A stretch of DNA of 64,000 nucleotides. Origin: Dudresnaya verticillata (taxonomy: Eukaryota). The position numbers and the translations under genes are program-made. Shown piece by piece: positions 46,733 through 58,697 of this stretch (positions are counted from its first letter, which is position 1; every line of letters starts with the position of its first letter). Below the pieces are notes generated by a model. It saw only the letters and a program-made list of their open reading frames with translations. It did not search any database and was not told where the DNA came from. The stretch covers positions 2,108,001 through 2,172,000 of the forward strand of contig OZ374558.1 in the NCBI GenBank assembly GCA_977862235.1. Direction: 5' to 3'.

Positions 46733-47912
46733 GACGAACAAGATGACACGACAGAGGGTAAACGACAGTGGCAAGAACAACGAGTGGAAACAAGCGGGGT
46801 CAAGGGGAAAACGAGAGACAGAAACACCACGAAAGGCGAAGAAACCCCCCGCGAGCTGCCGGCGCAAATACGGCAGAGCCGCAGTTGCAGAGCTCCGCAC
46901 AGTCGCGCTAGAAGGAGGGGAAGAAGTAGAGACAAACAGCGAGGAAAACAAGCCTGGGGTTCCCAAAGGAGCAGAAAACGCAACTTCGTCCAGTACGTTT
47001 GTCTAGACAGCGATGAGCAAGAAAATTGCGAAACAAGAGGTGGTGAACTTCATGTTGGAGTTGCGGGTTGATTTGTAAACGGGATAGAAATGTAGCACAG
47101 AAGGTGTGTTGATGTGTTGAGGAGTTGTTCTGGAAGGGTGCGGGTGCAGATGGAAAGTATGCTGTGTGAATGTGTGTGTGAGTGAATAGAGTGTGCTTTG
47201 CTGTGTCGAGAAGAGTGTTGCACGGTAGAACCACTTATGCTTAACACAATAAACCCTGACTATGTCTTTCTTGAGAGGCCTTCGTACGCCGCACAACCAG
47301 TGTGTCTCGCCACTTTGCGACATGCGGCGCCGAGCCGGTCAACGAGGGAAGGAATGCACCAGTCGTGGAGGCGGCCCCTGTCGCTCCTTCCTGTAGTCCA
47401 AGGTGGCACTCTGTACGGGCGGGCCGCAGGCCGTTGGGTACACATCACGGGTAAAAGCGAGTACCATGAGTTCTGTTCGGTTAACGCTGCTTGCTAGATC
47501 GGATGGTAGATATCTCGGGAGGTGGTCTTCGACAGGGAGGTGATAGCGGAGGGTGTCCTGCAGGAGCTCTGTTCAGGCGGCTTCGAGAAAAGGCGGGAGA
47601 AGTATTGCACGTCCGGGTTTGCAGTTGCCGGTCATGATGAATAAGGTTTTGGTGCATCTCAGCGACCAGGATGCACGGATCCAAGAGGTTTGATACTGTT
47701 GGGTTCAAGGCTGTCGATAGACGGCTGTGTTTAGTGGGGTGGTTTTGATCGGTCATCTTGGTTGTTAGGTGGTGGGAGGTGATGATTGGGTTGAAGTGGG
47801 AAGGGTATCTAGAGGAACAATTGTTTGTCTCTACTTCTATCCCACGTGCGCTGTAACATGCGAGCATTACCTTCGTTACCATACGCCTTGGAGCATGAAC
47901 CCAGGAACATCA

Positions 47913-48350
47913 TTAAAATGACGCGCTCTCTTCGGTATCAGTATCATCGTCATCGAAACGCCAGATAGCCACGTCAAGATCCACGATCTCAGACTTCCTG
48001 GACTCGTCACAGTACAAAACCAAAAACTGATTCGGCATGTAGGCAAATGTCGAGAAGAGTATTGCACGGTAGAACCGCTTATGCTTAAGACAATAAATCC
48101 TGAACATGTCGTTCGTGAGGGGCCTTTGTTTGGCGGGATCTTCATTTTCTTCCTTCCTTTCATTCTGGGCATCCATCTTGACCGCCAAGACCGACAGACG
48201 ATTCTTGAGCTTACTAGAATGCTCAGAACTGGACGTTGTGTTCGGGCAGGACTTCTTGATGTTCCCGGAATGCGTTCCCCTCAGACTCAATGCCGGAGAA
48301 GTGTCCCTTCTGTCGTTGCGCGAGCAGTAGACCTCATTCTTGTCGTTCAT
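47913..48350 (-). CDS. Tudor-like small ORF (unit 2 copy)
   Basis: 3 aa differences from 37129..37566. Confidence 0.4.
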   Translation of the reverse strand: MNDKNEVYCSRNDRRDTSPALSLRGTHSGNIKKSCPNTTSSSEHSSKLKNRLSVLAVKMDAQNERKEENEDPAKQRPLTNDMFRIYCLKHKRFYRAILFSTFAYMPNQFLVLYCDESRKSEIVDLDVAIWRFDDDDTDTEESASF

Positions 48351-51300
48351 CGTGAAATGCAGGACTCCTTTTTTATCCGCAGTTATTTTGGTTGGAGTGG
48401 TTGTTCAACGGCACAGGGATTTTCAGTGGGAAGGCAAACAGTTGTTGAGAAAGGGCGCGAAGACGGACGGTCTACGCTTCGAGGCGGAAGGGAGAGCCGC
48501 CTTCATTTGGATTTCCAAAGAAGGCCATTTGGCATACCATCAATATGACGTTGATATTTTTAGTAAAAAAGCCATAAAAGTTACCTCAAAAATCTCAGGA
48601 TTGCGTTCGCCGCGCGATGGCATTTCGATCTTTTCGTACGCCGCTTGGGCACCGCTCCTATCGCTCGCGCAGCCTTCCCGACGCCCTTCGAAAGCCACTC
48701 CCATTCTCCGCTCAAACCTCTCCTTTCGTGCCGCATTCTTCCTCCCGGTGCCACCCTCTCCACACCGCCGGCTTTCCGCATGGACATCCCGTCCGTCACG
48801 CCGCCCTTCTTTCGGCGCATCTCTGTCAATAATCTCATGCCCGCGCTGCAGGCAGCCTTCAACGTAGTTGGCGCGGCCGATCCTTCCTCAGCCATGCCCA
48901 TGCCGACGTCGCGGCGTACGTCTGTGGCATTGTGCGCGAGCTCGCGCAGCGCATTTATCTTGTACAGATACTGTTCTTTGCGGTGGGCATGCCCCAAGGA
49001 TCACGCAGTTTGCTTTCATTCACTTTTGGGCAAACATCGCTTCGCTCCGTTGCCACCAAGAGCAGGCAGGCCGCGAACATCCGGGTTACTCTCAGCACTG
49101 CGCTAGAAATCCCCCTCTTCCAAGATCTGGCGCATTTGAGAACTGCCCAAGCAGCTTGAAGCAGATTCATTCCCTAATAGAAGGAGGACCCGAGTGCACG
49201 ATGGTGAACAGCAATGTTTTGCCTAAGGGCATCAGGACGACATCGGTTTTCGCGCCGCTGAGGGCACGATGCAGCAAAGTCAGGGGGCAGGCAACTCTCC
49301 GGGATATCACCTCGAAAATCCAAGATTTCTCAGTTTGATGGCATCCAGCTGAGCAAGACTCCGTCATAATCCTTTGCATTCTTTGCGAGTCACTGTTGTA
49401 TCCGGACCAGCAAAGCAGGGAAAAACACGACGCGCACTCTACATATGGAAATGATGAAGGCCGAAGCGAACAGGATGCGTCCCAGCGAATGCTTAAATGG
49501 TGACGAAGAGCTCAGAACAGTCTTACGAAATCGAACTCATATCTGCTTCAGCGTTTCGTTCGAATCAACGTCTGTGACGCTGCCGGTGTACAGGAACTGC
49601 CCAAATCCCTCAAGACGCATATCTGCAGTGATTTGCCCACATTTGTCGACGCACTATCGTTGGAGCCGTAGAAACCCGTAGAAACCCGTCGAGAGCTTTG
49701 GAGTTGTGCTTGGTAGCTGCGTTGCAACAGCTGACTTTGACCTCGGTGGTACTCTGCAGCTCAAAACTTGACAACATCTCTCCGGTGCTGTAGACAGGCA
49801 GATGGTTCATCGAGGGCGTTCCAATCTCGATCTGAAGAGGTTCGGCAGGTCATGAAGGAGTAGAATACGATCATTACGTGGTATTCTAGATCGGCTCTGA
49901 ATATGAACTGATTGTGGCCTTGCGGTAGAGCTCGGAAGGCACACGGAGGAAAACAAGATGTTGAAGTTCTGCTTTTGCTGCAGATGAAGAAACGCATTGC
50001 CGCCGCTTGTTCCAATTGCCGTCGCATGTGCGACTCGTGCCAAATCATGTTCGATACATTTTCGGCTCTTGTGGAACCTTCTTGATCTAGCGCCTTGGGT
50101 CAGACAGGAACTGTTGAAGGGAACCAGAATCCAGAAACAGCTGCAGTTCAAGGCATGGGGCACGTTTATTCGTGACGACATCTCTCCGCGGCCGTGCACA
50201 TTTGATATCGTCGGGGAGCAACATAACACATTTCCGAAACCCAGCAGATGTATGATGGAAGATGTGATGTTGTATGTGTAGCAGTATGCTATCCATCGAT
50301 GCAAAAGCAGGAGCTGTCGCTTTTTCTTGTAGCTCTCAAGTATCTAGCTGTGGAACGCGATGCTGACAAGTCCGTTCATGAGGAGCAGGGATATACTTTC
50401 TTGTGAAGGTTCCATGGTACAGCGAAAGCGAGGGAGAAGAGAAGGCACGGAAACATCTGCAGACACATTGGACTGAACGAGATCAAATGCGTGAGCCCAA
50501 TCCGCGACCCACGGGATGCCATCATGTCAACACCCAGTTACAGAAGAAGTCGTTTAAGATGGTTGTGCCTCGCTTGCCGAAGTCACAGTCACTGGAAGTT
50601 CCTTTTCTTTTTGTGGCCTGGAAGCAGCTTAGTAGAGCTCCTCATCACCCCCTATAAAGTTCCCCATTCTTCTCTTTAGAGTTTTAAATTGTTGATCTCG
50701 ATGATGTGCACAACTCGAGAGTGAATAACAGAACCCGGACGGGCGCAGGGCAGGCAAACGAAAATCTATCTTTGACAGAACACCCCTCAATTCCTTTCAT
50801 TTCTGGGTCAAATGCCCAACTCGATTAGTACACAAGTTTGTTGCTTCCTGACCGATCCCGAAATCATTCACATCCACATTAACACCGCTTGATGCAACTG
50901 AAGGAGGCCGCCAGAGAACGAAGCGATGCGCTATCTCATCCACGAGCCGGTAGCAGCTGTTTGGTAGAAGCATGTGAAAAGTATTTGGATGCTCGGTTGA
51001 GCATTGGAATCTGTAGCATACGCAGCTAGCCACAGTGAGGAAACTGCGATCTTACTATTTGGATTCGCTGTGTATGACGCCATCCATAGCTGAAAGCATC
51101 TCAAGGAGATAGAGTATTGTTGTGATGAATCCCGGGATCGGAGCGGACAGAGCGGGACCCTTGTGATTTATCAGAGGGATGCGGCGATTGGCAGTTCTTC
51201 TCAAGAGCTCTCTTCGTGGTTCTCCACAATCCTTACCTCCCGTCTATTCTCCAACGGCGTCCGGAATCTTACAACTGCCCGGTGCAAGCGAAAGAGTCTT

Positions 51301-53303
51301 TCCGTGACTCAGACCCTCTCCGGGAGTTATAACTGCTTGTATACATGCACATTTGGCAAGCAGTCAGCACTGATCACGGCGGCGTGTAAATGGGGTAAAC
51401 GTCACTTTACGAAGAAGACCTTTATTAAAGAACAAGAGAGAAGCCGAAAGCGATTTTTGTATATGAGAGAGAGAGACCTTTATTAAAGAACAAGAGAGAG
51501 AAGCCCCTTAAGGGGGATTAGGATACAGAGCTGAGCTACCGTAAAGAGGCGGAGGAGCAAGCTTGCGGCAGTTGACACTCACCGCGACGCATTGGAGAAC
51601 ATTTGTATATGGAGAAAATAAGCGAACGTAGAAACCAAGCTTCCCCGACCTGGCAGCGACCACATAAAAGTGAGCGCTCTGCGCAGTTGTGCAGGATGTA
51701 ATGCTAGAGCCGCTGGCTTCGCAGGGACGCAATATGGAGGTGCAAAGCACTTGGGATTGAGAAATATACCGTGAGGCGTGCTGAGGCGTGCTGAGGCGCG
51801 CAGAGATGCGCTGAGCGACGGAGGCGGTTCGGAAGACGACGTGCTTCGAACTTGAGCCAATCAGACGGTGCAGATCTTCCTGTTAAGACACCTGTCGCAC
51901 AATATGTCCAACCAAATGTGCCCATTGCGGGACGGCGCATGTGCTCCGCTTGACACCGCTGCCGGCGGAAAATGCACCGCCGCGGGAGAAGAAGAAACAG
52001 ACAGAAAAGAACGGCCGAGGCGCCGGCGACAAAAGCAACTTGCGCGCCCTGTGTCGCTGTGAGGAAATGCACCACGTTTGCGTTTATTTCTCAACCGCTC
52101 CGTGTCCGCTGTGCTGCAGTCGCTCAAACGCGTCACACCTGCCGCCGTCCCACTCTATGCAGCAACACCGAATCCCGATTCCGGCACCCCACGCCAGTGT
52201 GCTGAACCGAGAAAGCCCTCAACACATCCGCGCGCATCCGCTCATCCGATCCTCGCGCATCGGCGCTATGTTCGCCCACCCGCGGCATGCGCTGCTCACT
52301 CGGCCGATCGCCCCTCCAGCACTTGACGCCAATTCAACCACCGAGCGCGCACCGCCCTCTGCAGTTCCCACCTCACTGCTCTTCTTTCCTGCCCCGCCCA
52401 ACCCCACTGAGGCCGGGGCTTAAGGCGCAGCAGCGGTGTTTCCCGCCCAGCGCACGATACCCCAACGGATCTACGGGCTCGAACCACACATCTTGCGACA
52501 CCTTCCCATCAGGAAGCCAACGCCTTCTTCAAAATATTCGTCTCGACGCAGAACCAGGATGTATCTTTGCGAACAATGTCCCCGACCGCATTGATTCTGC
52601 AGCGCGATTGGAATCGGCACCAGATCGTGAGCAGCTGCCTTCCTCTCTCCGTGCCGGATCGATGAAGAAGTCCCTCCCTCTACGCAGGAGGGGCGCCAGG
52701 ATCACACTTTGTGGAATGCGCATTTCGGCCATATCGAAACGCATCTTTCCTGGGAGGTGGTCTTCGAGATAGTGGTGATACTGGAGCTTGTCCTGCGCTA
52801 GCTCCGTCTGACCTGCTTCGAGAAACGGCGGGAGAAGTATAGCTGTTAGCGTCCTTTTGTCCGGATTTGGAGCGTCGGTCATGATGAACAAGGTTTGGTG
52901 CATCTCGGCGACCAGGTTGCGCGGATCCAAGAAGTTCGATTTTGTTCGGTCCAATTCTGTCGATAGACGGCTGTGTTTGGTGGGGTGATCTTCATCGGTC
53001 ATCTTGGTTGTTGGGCAGTGGGAGGTGCGTGCCTGTACTTCTATCCCGCGTGCGCAGTAACAGGCGAGCATTAACTTCGTTACCATACGCCTTGGAGCAT
53101 AAACCCAAGCACATCATTGACAAGACGCGCTCTCTTCGGTATTATCGTCATCGAAACGCCAGATGGTCACGTCAAGATCCATGATCTCAGACTTCCTGGA
53201 CTCTTCGCAGTAGAAAAACAAAAACTGATTCGTCATGTAGGCAAATATCGAGAAGAGAGAGAGACCTTTATTAAACAACAAGAGAGAAGCCCCTTAAGGG
53301 GGC

Positions 53304-56300
53304 TTAGGATTCAGAGCTACCATAAAGAGGCGGAGGAGCAAGCTTGCGGCGGTTGACACTCACCGCCACGCATTGGAGAACTAAAGAGAGTAAACGAGTA
53401 GTGAGGCGAAGTTTCTCCGTAGACGGAGAGGTCCCGCGCTTGCTGGCAATGAAGTTAGCAATACGTTGGGCGCCAACTTCAAAGCCAGATCCAACACGGC
53501 CATAGACATCTACAACCATAGGATGGATAACCATATCCAAACTAGCGCACACGCGGCGGTAATGAGAGCGTTTGACACGTTCGCGAGCTGCAATGGCTTG
53601 GCCAGCAACGCGACCAGTGGAACCATGAATAGAATGGGGACTGACGACCGAGACATCAAATCCATGGGGGTGAGGGGCAAAGCCACGATCATCAACGAAA
53701 ATATCCATACGCAGTTGGTCACGTGGATCAACAGGCTGTGGGGGACCACCAGAAGCAGCATGACGCTCGTCACGTATGCGTTCAGCACGTGTTCGGGCAG
53801 CGTTGGGGACAGAGCTACGGGGCCCATGCTCATCCGAATAAGTGAAACGATGCTCAACTTCAACGCGCACGCCATGGGGGCGGGCGATAGTCTGAAATAA
53901 GACACTTAAACGATCCCGAAGATGATCATGACGGCGAATCGTGCCCTCACGAGAAGAACAGACCGTAGCATGATGCCCATAAACATCAAGAAGAGGGGGA
54001 ACAGAAGCGGTACCATCAACACAACGGGGGCATGGGTCATCTCCACTGAAGATGGGAAGTCCAAGTCGTAGCTGGATCATTGATATCCAAACTTCAGGTT
54101 CGACCCGAGTACCATGGAAGGAGGAAGGTACAGCGGCAAATGCGCGCGCAGAACTGGCCGTGCAGGTAGATTGCAGACGAAGACGACAGCGAAGATCATC
54201 ACTAGAGTTGGATGACGGGGTCACAGAGGCCAAAACCACGGCATTAATAGAAGAAAAAAGCTCATGATGCACAGACCCGGGAGACCTTGAGTCATGAGGA
54301 GTAGCATGGAAAGAATTCAAGAACGTGGTTACATCATTAAGTCGGGCTTGACACTGTTTGCCAACAGAAGAGCGTAGACGGCCTAGGGAAGGCCCAAGGG
54401 TGTTGTCAGCAGGGAAGGGAAAAGGACCAAGAACTGTCCGGATGGTAGACATGCTTGAACCGAGAGACGCTAAATAGCTGAGATCCACCACAGCGGAAGC
54501 TCTAGTCAGTCCTAGGCCACCAGATCGCAGCGGTAGAGAACTGAGCTTCCAAATCGAATCGGTTAAGAGACAATGAGTTGCTTCAAACACCCGTCGCATT
54601 CCAAGGTCGTGGGACACGGCAATGGAAGAGGTTAAGTGCGGAGGGGTAGTTCGGAGCAGGTAGGATAGTTTTGATACACCAGCACAGAAGCGTAGAAGGT
54701 GAAAGACAAGTTGAGGGTCACTGAGAGAAAGTAAACGATCCCAGAGTAGAGCCACGGACTGTAGTTTCTTCGTCAAGATAGCCTTACAGGCATTGTCAGC
54801 CCCAATAGGGGAACCTAGAACCTCAATGGCAGCATTTCGGTTAACATCGCATGGTAAATTACGAAGAGGGGAAGAGCGTAGGCGAGGCAGAAGAGGCCAC
54901 CACGCGTCAGACTTATGGGAACCAAGCTGCACATGAAAACCATAAGAAGAACCTCGATCGGAGAGAAAATGTAGGACTTCTGCAGCAGACGAAATGGGAA
55001 GCACGATATACAAATCGTCGGCATAAGCCGTAATAAGCTTAATGCTGCTAAATCTGGAGGCAACAGCACAAAGAAGCGGTTGTAGAGCAATACAAAAAAT
55101 AAGCATGCTCAACGGGTCACCCTGCTGGGTACCTGTATGGCTGAACAGGGTGAACTCTCCGAACAGAAGTCTAGGTGATGCAGTATAGAGGTAATGAACC
55201 ATCTTAGAAATTCCTGGAACATGGGAAATAACTTCCCGTAAGAAATGAGCTCGCTCAATGCTATTAAAGGCATTCTTAGCATCGATGCGAAGCAAAACGA
55301 GGGATTCAGTACGATGAGATGCAATAAAGGCTCGTAGGGAATGAATGATGGCCTCGGCTCCATTTGGGGTACCAACAGCGAGTTGAAAAGGACGTAGATA
55401 CGATATCACAGCAGGATCCTTGGATGCACGTTGAGCAAGAAGACGGCATACAAAACGCCGAATAATGCAACCCATAGCTATGGGACGTAGGGATCCTGGT
55501 TTTGACTTTGGAATACCAATCAGGAGGTCGCTAGCAAACCACGGGCTGAACGAAGATGGGAGACGGCCAGCAGCGCATTTGTTCACAAAGGCAGTGAGAG
55601 CAGTTAAGGCAGAGCGACTTGGCTCCGTACCGCCAGGTGGGTGAGCAAGAAGTCTTAGAAGACTGGGACGAAGGCCATCTGGGCCTGGGGAGGAATGATA
55701 CGGGAGAAACCGCAAGGCCCGGCGAATATCAGACTCAGGGAAGTCGTATGCAGGAGGTAGGGAAGAATAGCAATGTGGAAGAACCGCTTCAACAGGGGCT
55801 GGATGAAGCGCCTCCATGGCAGGGAGGGTAGAAGAATTTGGGAGTACCGGAGGTGTTGTAGAGCAGAGTGCAGCAGCTGCTTTGCTAAGAGCTCCATCAG
55901 AGCATAGTTGACGGCAGCGCCGGGACGGATCCGAAGGAATGTGAAGTGAGGCTGTGGGAAGAGATGGGAAAGCAGAAGTGGCAGATTCCCATAGATCATG
56001 CCACCGACCTAGAAGAGCTAGACGAATGCGTGCGCGCAACATTCGAGTGAGCGTGCGACGATGCGAATTTCGCGGTTCGCCCGCTCCGTTCTTACGAATA
56101 ACAAGCTTTCCTACCGCCAAAATGCGAGAAAGGCTTTCCTCAAGAGCGCTTGGCGTATGAGCAGATACAAAAGACGAGAACAATTGAAATAGGAGGTTGT
56201 CCCAGTCTGCCCGAAGCGTATTTGGCAGAAACTTAATTGTGGGGATCGGTAAAGGGAAGAGGAGTTCTGGTCGAGGACAAGGGTCGAACTGAAGTGGTGC

Positions 56301-56309
56301 ATTTGACAT
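53304..56309 (-). CDS. ORF2: RT + CCHC + restriction-like endonuclease (1001 aa)
   Basis: Same motifs as copy 1; one A->D change (FASAL/FASDL). Confidence 0.97.
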   Translation of the reverse strand: MSNAPLQFDPCPRPELLFPLPIPTIKFLPNTLRADWDNLLFQLFSSFVSAHTPSALEESLSRILAVGKLVIRKNGAGEPRNSHRRTLTRMLRARIRLALLGRWHDLWESATSAFPSLPTASLHIPSDPSRRCRQLCSDGALSKAAAALCSTTPPVLPNSSTLPAMEALHPAPVEAVLPHCYSSLPPAYDFPESDIRRALRFLPYHSSPGPDGLRPSLLRLLAHPPGGTEPSRSALTALTAFVNKCAAGRLPSSFSPWFASDLLIGIPKSKPGSLRPIAMGCIIRRFVCRLLAQRASKDPAVISYLRPFQLAVGTPNGAEAIIHSLRAFIASHRTESLVLLRIDAKNAFNSIERAHFLREVISHVPGISKMVHYLYTASPRLLFGEFTLFSHTGTQQGDPLSMLIFCIALQPLLCAVASRFSSIKLITAYADDLYIVLPISSAAEVLHFLSDRGSSYGFHVQLGSHKSDAWWPLLPRLRSSPLRNLPCDVNRNAAIEVLGSPIGADNACKAILTKKLQSVALLWDRLLSLSDPQLVFHLLRFCAGVSKLSYLLRTTPPHLTSSIAVSHDLGMRRVFEATHCLLTDSIWKLSSLPLRSGGLGLTRASAVVDLSYLASLGSSMSTIRTVLGPFPFPADNTLGPSLGRLRSSVGKQCQARLNDVTTFLNSFHATPHDSRSPGSVHHELFSSINAVVLASVTPSSNSSDDLRCRLRLQSTCTASSARAFAAVPSSFHGTRVEPEVWISMIQLRLGLPIFSGDDPCPRCVDGTASVPPLLDVYGHHATVCSSREGTIRRHDHLRDRLSVLFQTIARPHGVRVEVEHRFTYSDEHGPRSSVPNAARTRAERIRDERHAASGGPPQPVDPRDQLRMDIFVDDRGFAPHPHGFDVSVVSPHSIHGSTGRVAGQAIAARERVKRSHYRRVCASLDMVIHPMVVDVYGRVGSGFEVGAQRIANFIASKRGTSPSTEKLRLTTRLLSLVLQCVAVSVNRRKLAPPPLYGSSES

Positions 56310-57517
56310 TATGCGTTGGGAATCATTGCGACGTCTGTCGATTGTTGTCCTAGATCAGTTGATGCGGGTAACGCATCCGGGGAAGGCGAGGATTCATCAG
56401 AAGCATTTCGAGGGAGAACACGGACGAAACCGTCGGCATCAGGAGAAGATAGGCGACGATATACCCTCCGGCGCTTTGCACCAATATTCGGGTAGTCTGC
56501 AGGGGGTTGAGGCAACGGATGGGTATCATGACCCCACTGAGAAAGACGTTCTTGAAGCAAAGCATGAGTGGAGCGGAGAGCAGCAGAAAAATACGGCGCG
56601 GGGCCCCACTTGCTAGCCGAGGTCTCCAGGCGCGTAATCTCATTTTGCAACGGAAGGAAAACAGAGTTAACTGCATCGACAGTATTTAAGGAGTTGTGAA
56701 GGTCCGTGATTGCAGAGAATTCCAATGTCGGTACTATAGAGTTGTCAGCATGTTTCGCCAGATCCGTGAATGCCTTATATGCTGGCTGTAGTGATTCAAG
56801 ATCACGGGCTGCAGCGACGACATAAAAAACCGCAGGATCTGTAGTGCGAAGGATGTAGCAGGGGCCAGGAAATCCACCTTGATGTATAGCTCGGCGGAAT
56901 TCAGCTGGATGTTCGATGATATCGGTCTCTTGCGCAGTCGAAACTCGGACAACACGTTTTTCATTTCCCCCGAATAGACGACGATTAGTACGACGAACAT
57001 TTCCCGCGAACTTATGCGTAAGAGCCGCGTGAGGTGGGATACACTGTAGATCGAGCCCGTTCCGACCGAGGAGGGGCAAGCGCCCTACGGGCGTAGGCTT
57101 CTGAGTCGCCCGAACAGCATTAAGATATGATTTTGAAGCAGAACGTCCGGGTTCAGAGTCAGGAACCGGTGCAGAACGCGGCACACAGGCTTCAACAGGG
57201 GTGGACGGAGGGACCGCACTTGACACAGCCGGACCAGTAGTAGAAGCAGGGACAGGTCCAGAGAGGTTTAGAAAGACACGAAGAAGAGATTTAAAGTGCA
57301 GATTGTGTTGAAATGTCGAGATAAGAGCCTTAACGCGAGGTAGTTCAGAGATCTGGAGAAGGAAGGTGTCTAAGGCATTTTCATTTCCGAGATCGACCAC
57401 GGGATCCAATAAAGAGGCGGATAGTGCAATAAAATCGACGGTGGCATGCGTGAGAGAGACGAAAGCTTCTTGTTGGACATTTTGGAGCGAACGACGAGTA
57501 TGATTGGCTGAAGGCAT
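56309..57517 (-). CDS. ORF1 of the CRE-like element, unknown function (~402 aa from first ATG)
   Basis: ATG at 57517 (MPSANH; frame open to TTG at 57751); stop TAA overlaps ORF2 ATG; SYLNAVR motif recalls SYA.V motifs of retroelement ORF1 proteins. Confidence 0.8.
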   Translation of the reverse strand: MPSANHTRRSLQNVQQEAFVSLTHATVDFIALSASLLDPVVDLGNENALDTFLLQISELPRVKALISTFQHNLHFKSLLRVFLNLSGPVPASTTGPAVSSAVPPSTPVEACVPRSAPVPDSEPGRSASKSYLNAVRATQKPTPVGRLPLLGRNGLDLQCIPPHAALTHKFAGNVRRTNRRLFGGNEKRVVRVSTAQETDIIEHPAEFRRAIHQGGFPGPCYILRTTDPAVFYVVAAARDLESLQPAYKAFTDLAKHADNSIVPTLEFSAITDLHNSLNTVDAVNSVFLPLQNEITRLETSASKWGPAPYFSAALRSTHALLQERLSQWGHDTHPLPQPPADYPNIGAKRRRVYRRLSSPDADGFVRVLPRNASDESSPSPDALPASTDLGQQSTDVAMIPNA

Positions 57518-58697
57518 GACGAACAAGATGACACGACAGAGGGTAAACGACAGTGGCAAGAACAACGAGTGGAAACAAGCGGGGTCAAGGGGAAAACGAG
57601 AGACAGAAACACCACGAAAGGCGAAGAAACCCCCCGCGAGCTGCCGGCGCAAATACGGCAGAGCCGCAGTTGCAGAGCTCCGCACAGTCGCGCTAGAAGG
57701 AGGGGAAGAAGTAGAGACAAACAGCGAGGAAAACAAGCCTGGGGTTCCCAAAGGAGCAGAAAACGCAACTTCGTCCAGTACGTTTGTCTAGACAGCGATG
57801 AGCAAGAAAATTGCGAAACAAGAGGTGGTGAACTTCATGTTGGAGTTGCGGGTTGATTTGTAAACGGGATAGAAATGTAGCACAGAAGGTGTGTTGATGT
57901 GTTGAGGAGTTGTTCTGGAAGGGTGCGGGTGCAGATGGAAAGTATGCTGTGTGAATGTGTGTGTGAGTGAATAGAGTGTGCTTTGCTGTGTCGAGAAGAG
58001 TGTTGCACGGTAGAACCACTTATGCTTAACACAATAAACCCTGACTATGTCTTTCTTGAGAGGCCTTCGTACGCCGCACAACCAGTGTGTCTCGCCACTT
58101 TGCGACATGCGGCGCCGAGCCGGTCAACGAGGGAAGGAATGCACCAGTCGTGGAGGCGGCCCCTGTCGCTCCTTCCTGTAGTCCAAGGTGGCACTCTGTA
58201 CGGGCGGGCCGCAGGCCGTTGGGTACACATCACGGGTAAAAGCGAGTACCATGAGTTCTGTTCGGTTAACGCTGCTTGCTAGATCGGATGGTAGATATCT
58301 CGGGAGGTGGTCTTCGACAGGGAGGTGATAGCGGAGGGTGTCCTGCAGGAGCTCTGTTCAGGCGGCTTCGAGAAAAGGCGGGAGAAGTATTGCACGTCCG
58401 GGTTTGCAGTTGCCGGTCATGATGAATAAGGTTTTGGTGCATCTCAGCGACCAGGATGCACGGATCCAAGAGGTTTGATACTGTTGGGTTCAAGGCTGTC
58501 GATAGACGGCTGTGTTTAGTGGGGTGGTTTTGATCGGTCATCTTGGTTGTTAGGTGGTGGGAGGTGATGATTGGGTTGAAGTGGGAAGGGTATCTAGAGG
58601 AACAATTGTTTGTCTCTACTTCTATCCCACGTGCGCTGTAACATGCGAGCATTACCTTCGTTACCATACGCCTTGGAGCATGAACCCAGGAACATCA

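Larger units (their letters stand above)
42474..47205 (-). mobile_element. Full-length CRE-like non-LTR retrotransposon, copy 1 (4,732 bp)
   Basis: TSD TCGAGAAGAG at 42464-42473 and 47206-47215, confirmed by empty site in unit 1; ORF1 + ORF2; TC tail. Confidence 0.97.
53258..57990 (-). mobile_element. Full-length CRE-like non-LTR retrotransposon, copy 2 (both ORFs open)
   Basis: TSD TCGAGAAGAG at 53248-53257 and 57991-58000; near identical to copy 1. Confidence 0.97.
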
